Source: a virus (taxonomy: Duplodnaviria > Caudoviricetes). Taken from it: 39,087 nt of DNA. The DNA is taken from positions 1 through 39,087 of IMG/VR virus record IMGVR_UViG_3300032227_000820. One strand, written 5' to 3'. Of this stretch, positions 1 through 7,581 are shown one piece after another; positions within the stretch are counted from its first letter, which is position 1, and each line of letters begins with the position of its first letter. The notes under the pieces were generated by a model. That model worked only from the letters and a program-made list of their open reading frames with translations. It made no database searches and was not told the origin of the DNA. Both the position numbers and the translations under genes were made by a program.

Positions 1-1
1 T

Positions 2-613
2 TCTAACGTAGAGCTCCGTAAGAATTGGGGCATACACATCACCCGCTTCCAACACCCTGACCTCTACATTAAAGACCCACAGGGTAAGATCGAAGCAAGG
101 CCTGAGGTTGTACTTATCAACTCTCATGATGGCACTAGGCCAATTCAATTCGAGATGGGCTTGTTCCGTCTTGTATGTGAGAATGGTTTGGTTATCAAGG
201 ACAAGGACATGGGATCCTTTAGAGAGCGCCACACCAAGATGAACTTCCAAGAGGTTAAGAACCTTATTGATGAGAAGGTATCTGGACTCCAAGGCGTAGT
301 TAACACCATAAGCAAATGGAATATGATCGAGATGACAGACAAACAAAGATATCAGTTTGCTGTAGAAGCATTGGCCTTAAGACTTTCAGATGATCGTCAG
401 CCTGAACAGTATGAGGTATTAGACATTCTAAATGCTAAGCGTAGTGTAGATGAACAACCTACCTTGTGGCACACATATAACACCGTACAAGAGAATCTTA
501 TTAAGGGTGGGTTCCAATTGAACAACCGTCAAGCTAGGGCTATCAAGAATCCTATAGAGGACTTCAATATCAACCAAGGCTTGTGGAGTTTAGCTAGCGC
601 TTACTCAAACTAG
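2..613 (+). CDS. DUF932 family protein (5'-truncated; frame is open from the window start)
   Basis: The frame of the 155..613 ORF is open back to nt 2 (SNVELRKNWGIHITRFQHP...VVLINSHDGTRPIQFEMGLFRLVCENGLV). NSHDG...GLFRLVCxNG and TLWxxYNxVQE are DUF932 signatures. Confidence 0.85.
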   Translation, partial: SNVELRKNWGIHITRFQHPDLYIKDPQGKIEARPEVVLINSHDGTRPIQFEMGLFRLVCENGLVIKDKDMGSFRERHTKMNFQEVKNLIDEKVSGLQGVVNTISKWNMIEMTDKQRYQFAVEALALRLSDDRQPEQYEVLDILNAKRSVDEQPTLWHTYNTVQENLIKGGFQLNNRQARAIKNPIEDFNINQGLWSLASAYSN

Positions 614-752
614 TTGGTTAGCAAGTCGGAGTCGCTAGCATCATGCTGGCGCTCTGCTTGTGACCATTAGCACGGAGCTAGCACCATGGCAAAGACCTAA
701 TTATGGTAGATAGGAGGGCCCTAGCAGGGGGCCCCGCGTTGACCAACCGTGC
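613..752 (+). ncRNA. Candidate structured RNA/DNA element (GC-rich, multi-stem)
   Basis: Hairpin 615-666 (TGGTT/GACCA, GCAAG/CTTGT, CGGAG/CTCTG, CGCTAGCA/TGCTGGCG). Second domain closed by GCACGG 670-675 / CCGTGC 747-752, with inner stems 683-689/701-707 and 716-722/728-734. Many G-U pairs on the + strand. Confidence 0.45.
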
Positions 753-801
753 ACACCGGGAAAATTTTGAAATTCTATAAGAATATAAATACGTAAATAA
801 A

Positions 802-1059
802 ATGGACATACTTAAATTAGCAGGATCCTTAACTAAGTCAGAGTTTAGTAATGCACTTGAAGAGATAAAGTTAATTAACCATTTAGGACTTATCCATGAT
901 TATTGTCAGACATTTAATTTGATGATTGAGGAAGGAACAGACATTGAAAGTGCCTTGCATTATGCTTACTTTGATATGCTTATAGAAAAAGAAACAGGCC
1001 AATGGAAAGAAGAATTAAGAGACAAGATCAAAGATTATCGTAAAGAAAATAGTTTATAG
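802..1059 (+). CDS. hypothetical protein
   Basis: 85 aa ORF, AT-rich leader, tightly packed with the next gene. Confidence 0.75.
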   Translation: MDILKLAGSLTKSEFSNALEEIKLINHLGLIHDYCQTFNLMIEEGTDIESALHYAYFDMLIEKETGQWKEELRDKIKDYRKENSL

Positions 1060-1060
1060 T

Positions 1061-1321
1061 ATGAAAGAGACAGTAAAGAAAAAATTGGTAGACCACATGT
1101 TAAAGAATGGTAATGACTTTTCTTATACAGAAATGATCGAGTTCATTTTAAAAACTAACTATGGAAAAGTGTATCAATATGATCATACCAGTTCAGACCG
1201 TGGTTATTATGCCACTAATTTCTCTAAGAAGTGGAATGGATATATGGTAAATGGTAAAGGTCCTTGTGGTGTGTACAAAAACGAAAATGGCAGGTATAGT
1301 GCCACGTATTATAAAAAATAA
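1061..1321 (+). CDS. hypothetical protein
   Basis: 86 aa ORF starting 1 nt after the previous stop. Confidence 0.75.
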   Translation: MKETVKKKLVDHMLKNGNDFSYTEMIEFILKTNYGKVYQYDHTSSDRGYYATNFSKKWNGYMVNGKGPCGVYKNENGRYSATYYKK

Positions 1322-1327
1322 ATAACT

Positions 1328-1558
1328 ATGGCACAACAAACAGCAGTAGAATGGTTGATTGAAAAAATACAATCATATCAAATAGAAATAGATAAGTACA
1401 ACCGTATCAATATAGACGTACCAAAATATATGATTGAACAAGCCAAAGCAATGGAGAAGGAGCAGATAATTATAGCATACGATAGAGGATATATAGATGG
1501 ATATCCAGATAACGGAAAGGTAGGATTAGATTATTATAAAGAAACTTATAACAAATGA
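1328..1558 (+). CDS. hypothetical protein (TAVEWL...EQAKxMEKEQ small phage protein family)
   Basis: Motifs QTAVEWL and EQAKAMEKEQII, which I recall from small ORFs of freshwater/Bacteroidota phages. Confidence 0.8.
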   Translation: MAQQTAVEWLIEKIQSYQIEIDKYNRINIDVPKYMIEQAKAMEKEQIIIAYDRGYIDGYPDNGKVGLDYYKETYNK

Positions 1559-1698
1559 CAGAACAAAATATATACAAGAAACTGTTTGATACAGTAGAAG
1601 AAGCAGGAAAGTTAATCGCCAAATTCGGTGCCATATCTATTCCAGCTACAATGAAGAAAACTCCAAATGGAAAGTATATTGTAACATTCAAAATTTAA
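1555..1698 (+). CDS. small hypothetical protein (47 aa, not in ORF track)
   Basis: ATGA overlap with the previous stop; MTEQNIYKKLFDTVEEAGKLIAKFGAISIPATMKKTPNGKYIVTFKI*; fills the gap between neighbours. Confidence 0.7.
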   Translation: MTEQNIYKKLFDTVEEAGKLIAKFGAISIPATMKKTPNGKYIVTFKI

Positions 1699-1708
1699 AT
1701 AAAGAAAC

Positions 1709-1900
1709 ATGGATAAATTAATAAAGCATTTAGAAGTATGGGAAAAGATCTTTATGGCTCTTGCCCTAATTACATCAGTATCTGTTATGGCAGTTAATCT
1801 AAGAGAGGGTAAAGATTGTGGATGGCAGATTGTTTCTATCTTATGGATATTAACCTGTTGGTTGAAAACAAACAAGATCAAAGAACTTGAAAATAAGTAA
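1709..1900 (+). CDS. small membrane protein (2 TM)
   Basis: Two hydrophobic segments, IFMALALITSVSVMAV and WQIVSILWILTCWL. Confidence 0.7.
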   Translation: MDKLIKHLEVWEKIFMALALITSVSVMAVNLREGKDCGWQIVSILWILTCWLKTNKIKELENK

Positions 1901-2000
1901 ATATAAAAACCGGCCACAGATTTTAGTATTATAAAATTGGAAAGTTAATTTGAACTTCCGGAAAAAATTTAAATTTACAAAAAAGAATAAATATAAAAAT

Positions 2001-2261
2001 ATGGAAAAGGCAAAAGATTTGGAAGTAAAGAAATTCGAGATTAATCCCCTTACTAATATTCCAGGCGGATCCTTTATTACCATTGAATTCTCAGACGGTT
2101 CTTTTACCAGAGGTGTGAATATTAAATATGTCAGGAAATATATAGAGACTGTAATTAAAGAATCCTTATTGAAAGGTATAAAAGTTACTAAGGCTTACCG
2201 TGCAAGTGATCGTGAATTGCTTTACGAGAATGGCAGGTTCTATAACTTATCTAATAAGTAA
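2001..2261 (+). CDS. hypothetical protein
   Basis: ATG at 2001 (MEKAKDLEV...) preferred over the TTG at 1950, whose extension is poly-A/Lys low complexity. Confidence 0.7.
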   Translation: MEKAKDLEVKKFEINPLTNIPGGSFITIEFSDGSFTRGVNIKYVRKYIETVIKESLLKGIKVTKAYRASDRELLYENGRFYNLSNK

Positions 2262-2274
2262 ATATATAAATTGG

Positions 2275-2784
2275 ATGAAACGAATATCTTCAGATTTAAC
2301 CCACTTTTACATTAAGTTAGAAGACTCTGATCCTTATAGGTGTAGGAAAGCTGTAGCCTTCACTTTAACCCCAAGTAAAGAACCTGAATTTCAAGGTTGG
2401 GAAGATGTTACATATTATGGTGAAGGAATACTAGATCCTACCCTAAGTATCAGAAAGCCTGAATGGGTATACGTTTTGGTAAATAAGTCTATGCCTGGTA
2501 TATGTAAGATCGGAATGACTACAACTACCGTAGGGCAAAGGGTGAAGGAGATTAACTACGCGACAGGTGTGATAACGCCATGGTTTCCGGTCTTTAAATA
2601 CAAATGTATTAATAGTCTAATTCTAGAACAGGCTGTTCATCAACATCTAGAAGATCAAGGATATAGAGTTAACCCTAAGCGTGAAGGGTTCGAGATTGAT
2701 TCTCAAACTGCTATAGATGTGATAAAAGAGCTTGGAGAGAAGTTAACTGTAGTTTCTAATGACTTTGGTAATACTTTAGAGTAA
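2275..2784 (+). CDS. T5orf172/MUG113-like GIY-YIG domain protein
   Basis: WVYVLVN...CKIGMT...RVKEI...LEQAVH..L...RV...REGF pattern; ATG at 2275 avoids overlap with the upstream gene. Confidence 0.85.
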   Translation: MKRISSDLTHFYIKLEDSDPYRCRKAVAFTLTPSKEPEFQGWEDVTYYGEGILDPTLSIRKPEWVYVLVNKSMPGICKIGMTTTTVGQRVKEINYATGVITPWFPVFKYKCINSLILEQAVHQHLEDQGYRVNPKREGFEIDSQTAIDVIKELGEKLTVVSNDFGNTLE

Positions 2785-2833
2785 ATTTGTAAATACTATA
2801 TTTTAGGGCCCCTATGCGAAAAAACGAATCACT

Positions 2834-3118
2834 ATGAATTATTTATTATTTATACTAGCCTGCTTTATTATTACTTTTGTATATTGGAAGCTCAAATGGA
2901 GTTTAACTACTCTATGGTTGTTGTTATGCTGTTTTGCTGCTATAGGACTATTAATAGTTCCAATTAATTTTGAATTAGGATTTTCAATTATAGGCTTTTG
3001 TGTAGGACTCATGATCTTGATCTTCTTCCTAGGACTTATAGGTATAGGAGTGGCATCTATTGTGGCAGCACCCTTTGTTTTACTGTATGGTATAATCAAA
3101 GCAATATTTAATAAGTAA
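2834..3118 (+). CDS. highly hydrophobic membrane protein (3-4 TM)
   Basis: 94 aa, almost entirely hydrophobic. Confidence 0.7.
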   Translation: MNYLLFILACFIITFVYWKLKWSLTTLWLLLCCFAAIGLLIVPINFELGFSIIGFCVGLMILIFFLGLIGIGVASIVAAPFVLLYGIIKAIFNK

Positions 3119-3122
3119 TTCA

Positions 3123-3130
3123 ATATTTAT
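3123..3130 (+). promoter_or_regulatory. ATATTTAT putative late promoter
   Basis: Same octamer recurs just upstream of nine gene starts; 19 nt before ATG 3150. Confidence 0.6.
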
Positions 3131-3149
3131 TATTAGTAAAATTATTATA

Positions 3150-4148
3150 ATGAAAGATTTTAACATCGCAAAGTATTTAAAGGAAAATCATCTTGGTTCA
3201 CATGCTATTCTTGGTAACTACGTAGACCTTCATGCTTTAAAAGAAGCAGAAGATCTAGAAGGCTTAGAAGTAGTTAAAGGATTCGGAGCCACTAAGAGTA
3301 AATCAGTAGCAGACCAGTTTGCTAAAACAGCAATAACTGCAGGTATGGAAGGTGTTAAAGTAGTTGAAAAAAACGGTATATTTAAAATTTATGCTAAGGA
3401 TGGTGGTAAACTTAAAGAAGAAGAGGAAATGTATTTAGATACAGAAATTCCATATGAAGGTCCAGAACGTAAAGTGGATGGCTTTGGTGATAAATTTAAG
3501 CAAACTAATGCTGTAGAAGAACTTGAAAAGCCTGAAAAAATATACTCTAATGACTGGATGAATGATTCTGTAGATGGTAAAAGAATTGGTAGTTGGACTT
3601 GTTATTATGACGATCATATGGATGTTCTTTATTGGATACATGATAATATACCAAGTGAAGATGTTGCTGTTTATGCAACGCCTAATTGGGATGGTGCAAA
3701 AGGAATAGCTGTTGAAGTTCAATCAAATTATGGTGAACAGATAGAAGATCATGAAGTTGTAGGTGATCCTTCATACCCTGATTTTGAAAGCTATGCTCAA
3801 GATATGATCCCTGTTCTTAAAAAAGTAGAAGCTAAATATAAAGCTAGTAATAATTCTATGGATACTGATGATTCTGTAAATCCATTTCCTTCAATAATGA
3901 AAGAAAAAGAAGATAACAGTATGACAGGAGATAAAGGATGGCAGTATGATGATGATGAAGTATCTAATGATGATAGATTTGCAGATCTAGGTGGAGATCA
4001 AATTAAAACTGCAATAAAAAGTTTAATGGACGATGGTTTTGACAGTAGAGAAATTGCACAGTTTGTTATAGATACTATTAGATCCTTTAAATCTTTTAAA
4101 GAAGAAGTAACAGTATCATCATCTGGCGTTCAAATGGAAAAAAAATAA
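3150..4148 (+). CDS. acidic modular protein, putative head/internal virion protein
   Basis: N-terminus MKDFNIAKYLKEN resembles that of 34750..35100 (MSFNLEKYLVEN); repeated LKE/MKE/FKE junctions. Confidence 0.75.
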   Translation: MKDFNIAKYLKENHLGSHAILGNYVDLHALKEAEDLEGLEVVKGFGATKSKSVADQFAKTAITAGMEGVKVVEKNGIFKIYAKDGGKLKEEEEMYLDTEIPYEGPERKVDGFGDKFKQTNAVEELEKPEKIYSNDWMNDSVDGKRIGSWTCYYDDHMDVLYWIHDNIPSEDVAVYATPNWDGAKGIAVEVQSNYGEQIEDHEVVGDPSYPDFESYAQDMIPVLKKVEAKYKASNNSMDTDDSVNPFPSIMKEKEDNSMTGDKGWQYDDDEVSNDDRFADLGGDQIKTAIKSLMDDGFDSREIAQFVIDTIRSFKSFKEEVTVSSSGVQMEKK

Positions 4149-4151
4149 ACT

Positions 4152-4391
4152 ATGGCATTTAACTTTAGACAATTTACAGCAAACAATCCTCTTCTAAAAG
4201 AAGTTGATGCAGAAGAATTTGATTATATGAATAATGATCAATTAGATGCAGCAGGTCTTACAGGAGATAAGATAGGACCTAATGAAAAAGGAAATTCTTT
4301 TCCTAGAGTTGAATTTGAAGAAGCCGTTGTTAAAGCCTTAAAAGCAGGTGTAGATAAAAATACCTTACATAAGATAATCGACTGGAATTAA
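4152..4391 (+). CDS. hypothetical protein with FNF...LLKE leader
   Basis: 79 aa, MAFNFRQFTANNPLLKE; followed by a terminator. Confidence 0.75.
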   Translation: MAFNFRQFTANNPLLKEVDAEEFDYMNNDQLDAAGLTGDKIGPNEKGNSFPRVEFEEAVVKALKAGVDKNTLHKIIDWN

Positions 4392-4412
4392 CCTTTGCAA
4401 GCCCATACATAT

Positions 4413-4441
4413 AGCCCTCGGCAAGTGCCAGGGCTTTTTTT
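4413..4441 (+). terminator. Rho-independent terminator
   Basis: AGCCCT-c-GGC aagt GCC-AGGGCT stem followed by a T-run, at the convergent junction of + and - transcription units. Confidence 0.85.
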
Positions 4442-4895
4442 ATTCTATATCCTTTCTATAAAATCTACCTTGTATATTATCATTATATGATTCTATATGC
4501 AAAACTTTATAGTGCATTTGCCACCAAACTTCATAATAAGTTAATTGTTTCTTTGAGTAACACAATTGTAGGATCTCTCTAGCAAATATATCATCTCCTA
4601 ATTCTTTTCTTTCTTGATTAAGAAGTTTGTTACTTCCATGATATGATAGCCAATCAGACTCTTTAACGATTTTCTTCTTGCGTGGGACGCGCCCAGGTTT
4701 GTCCCATTCCGCGATCTCTTTCTTGGTTAATACTTTATTAGTATTATTGAAAAGGACCTTTCTACCTATATAGAATTTAGCATTAACAAGATTGGTGATC
4801 TTATATATAAAGCCTACAGTATTGGCTGGAAAGTCTTCTATTAAATTAAACTCTCTAGTGACTCCTAGAGGATCATAATATAACCATTTTTTCAT
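4440..4895 (-). CDS. GIY-YIG family endonuclease
   Basis: VGFIYKITNLVNAKFYIGRK, YHGS, FAREIL, YYE, YNDNI motifs. Confidence 0.85.
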   Translation of the reverse strand: MKKWLYYDPLGVTREFNLIEDFPANTVGFIYKITNLVNAKFYIGRKVLFNNTNKVLTKKEIAEWDKPGRVPRKKKIVKESDWLSYHGSNKLLNQERKELGDDIFAREILQLCYSKKQLTYYEVWWQMHYKVLHIESYNDNIQGRFYRKDIE

Positions 4896-4905
4896 ACTTT
4901 GTTTT

Positions 4906-5205
4906 TTAACTATCCCACCTTATAATAAAAGTCATATCTGTATTTGGTGGTACTGGATACGGTCTTGATAATTTTCCTACTACCAATAATTCATCTTGAT
5001 CATTATATAATCCAACTGTAGTTGCATAGGGATGAAAATCTGAACCTGTTACTGCATCTATGTAAGAACCTGAAGTTCCTGCTTTATTTGCACTTGGATT
5101 TAACGTATAGTTAAAATCGTTTTCTTTTACTCTACACCTAACTTCGTTTTGGTATACAGTTGTCTCGGCTACTAAATTAAGGGTATATGCAGAATAGGAT
5201 GGCAT
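4906..5205 (-). CDS. baseplate/tail structural protein (C-terminal-type domain)
   Basis: FNYTLNPS and TTVGLYNDQDELLVVGKLSRP...IIRWD, paralogous to the C-terminus of 5852..6883. Confidence 0.75.
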   Translation of the reverse strand: MPSYSAYTLNLVAETTVYQNEVRCRVKENDFNYTLNPSANKAGTSGSYIDAVTGSDFHPYATTVGLYNDQDELLVVGKLSRPYPVPPNTDMTFIIRWDS

Positions 5206-5209
5206 ACTT

Positions 5210-5217
5210 ATAAATAT
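5210..5217 (-). promoter_or_regulatory. ATATTTAT putative late promoter
   Basis: 4 nt upstream of ATG 5205. Confidence 0.55.
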
Positions 5218-5297
5218 TTGTTACTGCTATTCTTCAAATAAAGCAGATGCGCAGCTTCTACAAATTGTTTCATATCAAATTTTATTTAACATACTAT

Positions 5298-5828
5298 CTA
5301 TTGTATAAGCGCATTTTCATAATCTTGATTAGTAATAACAACTATGCCTTGCGCGTATAAAACATTTCCTACGTGGACATTACTATTATTTGCATCTATA
5401 ATATTTCCATTACCGTCATCTATAAGATTATAAGTTGCTCCTGATATTCTTAAACTTTTTCTACTTATATTTTCACCAAATACAGTTGTAGGCATTGCCA
5501 TAATAGTTATTTGATCATTAGATGAAGTTGGAAAATACCTATAGTCGTTATCAAAAGTGCCAGACGCCGCTGTTGATTGGAGATTATCATCCCAAGCACT
5601 TTTTTTATTTAGTAAAGATCCTGTTACATACGAATTATAGTATAGTTGCTGGGCTAGTTTATAAACAAGGAATTCATTATCATTACTATTAAAAGATCCA
5701 TTAATTCCTCTATTTAAAGTTATTCCATAATTTATAGCAGAAGAACTTACATAAGATGCAGAATATTTTAACTTTACTGGATAAGTAGAAATATCTGATC
5801 TATCAAGAGTATTTTTTGACATTCCCAT
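5298..5828 (-). CDS. virion structural protein (baseplate/tail module)
   Basis: FGENI...LIDDGNGNI...VGNVLYAQGIVVIT, similar in layout to KESL.PG.F.L...LTD...YGLFLPDIGLILL of 5852..6883. Confidence 0.75.
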   Translation of the reverse strand: MGMSKNTLDRSDISTYPVKLKYSASYVSSSAINYGITLNRGINGSFNSNDNEFLVYKLAQQLYYNSYVTGSLLNKKSAWDDNLQSTAASGTFDNDYRYFPTSSNDQITIMAMPTTVFGENISRKSLRISGATYNLIDDGNGNIIDANNSNVHVGNVLYAQGIVVITNQDYENALIQ

Positions 5829-5851
5829 TTATAAACTATTGTAGTGTTTTA

Positions 5852-6883
5852 CTACCAATCTAATTTAACTCTAATAAGAGCTTCTTTAGTAAAGTCTTTT
5901 GTAAGAGGTTTAGACATCTTAGCTACAGCTAATAATTCATTATTGTCATTATATAATCCAACAGTTGTAGGATATGTTTGAGGACTATTAATGAAATTAG
6001 AGTATATTAATTCACCTGAACCAGTAATAAATGACGGATTAGTAGTATAATTATAATCAGCATTTTTGAATCTTACAAATACATAATCTGAAGAAATTGT
6101 TTCTTGAGAGTTAAGTTGAAATGATCCGCCTGATTTTATTATTGTATAAATTAAATCATTATTTGCACTTGATGCAGCTACTGTATTTAGAGCACTAAAT
6201 GAAGTTGCAATACCACCACTACCTGCTGCTAAAGAAAGAGCTCTTGGATTTAAAAGAATTAATCCAATATCTGGTAAAAATAAACCGTAACTTCCTGATA
6301 CAGTATAACCTTGAGCAGCTCCTGCCAAAGTAGGACTGTTTTTAGCTGTTCCATTAGAACCTGATACTATATTGTAAACTCTTCCACCATCTACATATGT
6401 TATAGTAGTTACGTCATTTGAATTATCAGTTAATCTAATAGGTCCATTAACACCATTAAGTAAAGTTAAATTAAATGTGCCTGGAAATAAACTTTCTTTA
6501 TATCTATTTCTATCAACTTGAATAGCAATTAAATCAGGAGAGTTCGTATTACCAGTGCCAAAGTTTATTGCACTTTCTGCATCTCCATAAATTAAATTTC
6601 TAAATTGACCAAATGTAATTCTAGTTGGACTTTTTCCTACAACTAGAGAATTTAAAGGCGCAGATCCTGAACCTGCATAATGTCCATAAGCTACTGAGAA
6701 TTGAACTGATGCTGAAGGAGAACTAATGTTTCCATCATAAACGTCAATATAATAACTACCTGTAGAACCAGCAGATGCTGTAAAAAAACTAGTAAGAGTA
6801 GTTACATTATTACTCCACGCTGGCGCCGTTACTGAATCGGCAGATACCACAAAATCTGTAGGATCTAATCTTGTAAATGACAT
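5852..6883 (-). CDS. baseplate wedge/tail-collar-like structural protein
   Basis: Ser/Thr/Gly-rich; C-terminal TTVGLYNDNNELLAVAKMSKP...RVKLDW as in myovirus baseplate/tail-fibre attachment domains. Confidence 0.7.
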   Translation of the reverse strand: MSFTRLDPTDFVVSADSVTAPAWSNNVTTLTSFFTASAGSTGSYYIDVYDGNISSPSASVQFSVAYGHYAGSGSAPLNSLVVGKSPTRITFGQFRNLIYGDAESAINFGTGNTNSPDLIAIQVDRNRYKESLFPGTFNLTLLNGVNGPIRLTDNSNDVTTITYVDGGRVYNIVSGSNGTAKNSPTLAGAAQGYTVSGSYGLFLPDIGLILLNPRALSLAAGSGGIATSFSALNTVAASSANNDLIYTIIKSGGSFQLNSQETISSDYVFVRFKNADYNYTTNPSFITGSGELIYSNFINSPQTYPTTVGLYNDNNELLAVAKMSKPLTKDFTKEALIRVKLDW

Positions 6884-6894
6884 ATTCTAATATA

Positions 6895-7554
6895 TTATGA
6901 GGTTACTTTTATAATTGTTACAGGTATAGAAATCCTAGCACCAGAATCACGTCCAACAACAATCAGGGTAGTATATAAAGATGTACTAGAACCAAACAAA
7001 GTATTAACTGTAGTCGCAGTTAAGTTAATTGTTGTTCCTATAACAGTTTTACTTACATTAGTACCTATAGTGGTTGTACTATTTAATGATGTAGCCTCAG
7101 GAGTATTAATACCAACACCATTGAATGAACTCATTGTTCTTACATCACCTATAGTAGCAACATATCCTGATTGTTCAAAGGTTGATGTTGCTCCAAGATA
7201 ATTTAATGTTTGAGGAGTAATTGCTAAAGAAGCTCCTTGCTTAATAGTAATTGCATTATATCCAAGATCTAATACTGGAATTTTAGCCGTTCCTCTAGGA
7301 AGGGTGATAAGCTTATATTTCATGATCTCCATATCATTAGGATATGCTTGAATAATTGGCATTGCTTCAATAGCCTCACCATAAAATGCAGATCCTGATG
7401 GGTGAGTAGGATTATATAGAGTATAATCTATCTCATCATCTGCTAATGAAAACTGAGTAATCCTAAATGATCCATCATTTCTGGAAAGAAGTTCTCTACC
7501 TTTTTTAGTAAGGATAGCATCTACTACCACTGATGTACTACTTAAATATGACAT
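6895..7554 (-). CDS. virion structural protein (baseplate-associated)
   Basis: AILTKKGRELL...ITQFSLADDEIDY resembles the N-terminal motif of myovirus tail-fibre/collar proteins; Thr-rich beta C-terminus. Confidence 0.7.
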   Translation of the reverse strand: MSYLSSTSVVVDAILTKKGRELLSRNDGSFRITQFSLADDEIDYTLYNPTHPSGSAFYGEAIEAMPIIQAYPNDMEIMKYKLITLPRGTAKIPVLDLGYNAITIKQGASLAITPQTLNYLGATSTFEQSGYVATIGDVRTMSSFNGVGINTPEATSLNSTTTIGTNVSKTVIGTTINLTATTVNTLFGSSTSLYTTLIVVGRDSGARISIPVTIIKVTS

Positions 7555-7570
7555 AAAAGTGTGCTTTTAA

Positions 7571-7578
7571 ATAAATAT
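7571..7578 (-). promoter_or_regulatory. ATATTTAT putative late promoter
   Basis: 16 nt upstream of ATG 7554, within a 27 nt intergenic gap. Confidence 0.6.
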
Positions 7579-7581
7579 GTG

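Noticed and set aside
784-791. TATAAATA, a canonical T4 late promoter, before ORF 802
   Set aside because: Single occurrence in this orientation before a non-structural gene in AT-rich DNA; the recurrent motif has the opposite orientation.
4440-4895. GIY-YIG gene as a mobile homing endonuclease or intron ORF
   Set aside because: Free-standing, only 151 aa with no C-terminal DNA-binding repeats and no interrupted host gene; mobility is unsupported.
5227-5292. Selenocysteine or stop-codon readthrough at the TGA in MLNKI*YETICRSC
   Set aside because: Only 21 codons, no convincing SECIS; TGA and TAG act as normal stops elsewhere, so there is no sign of recoding.
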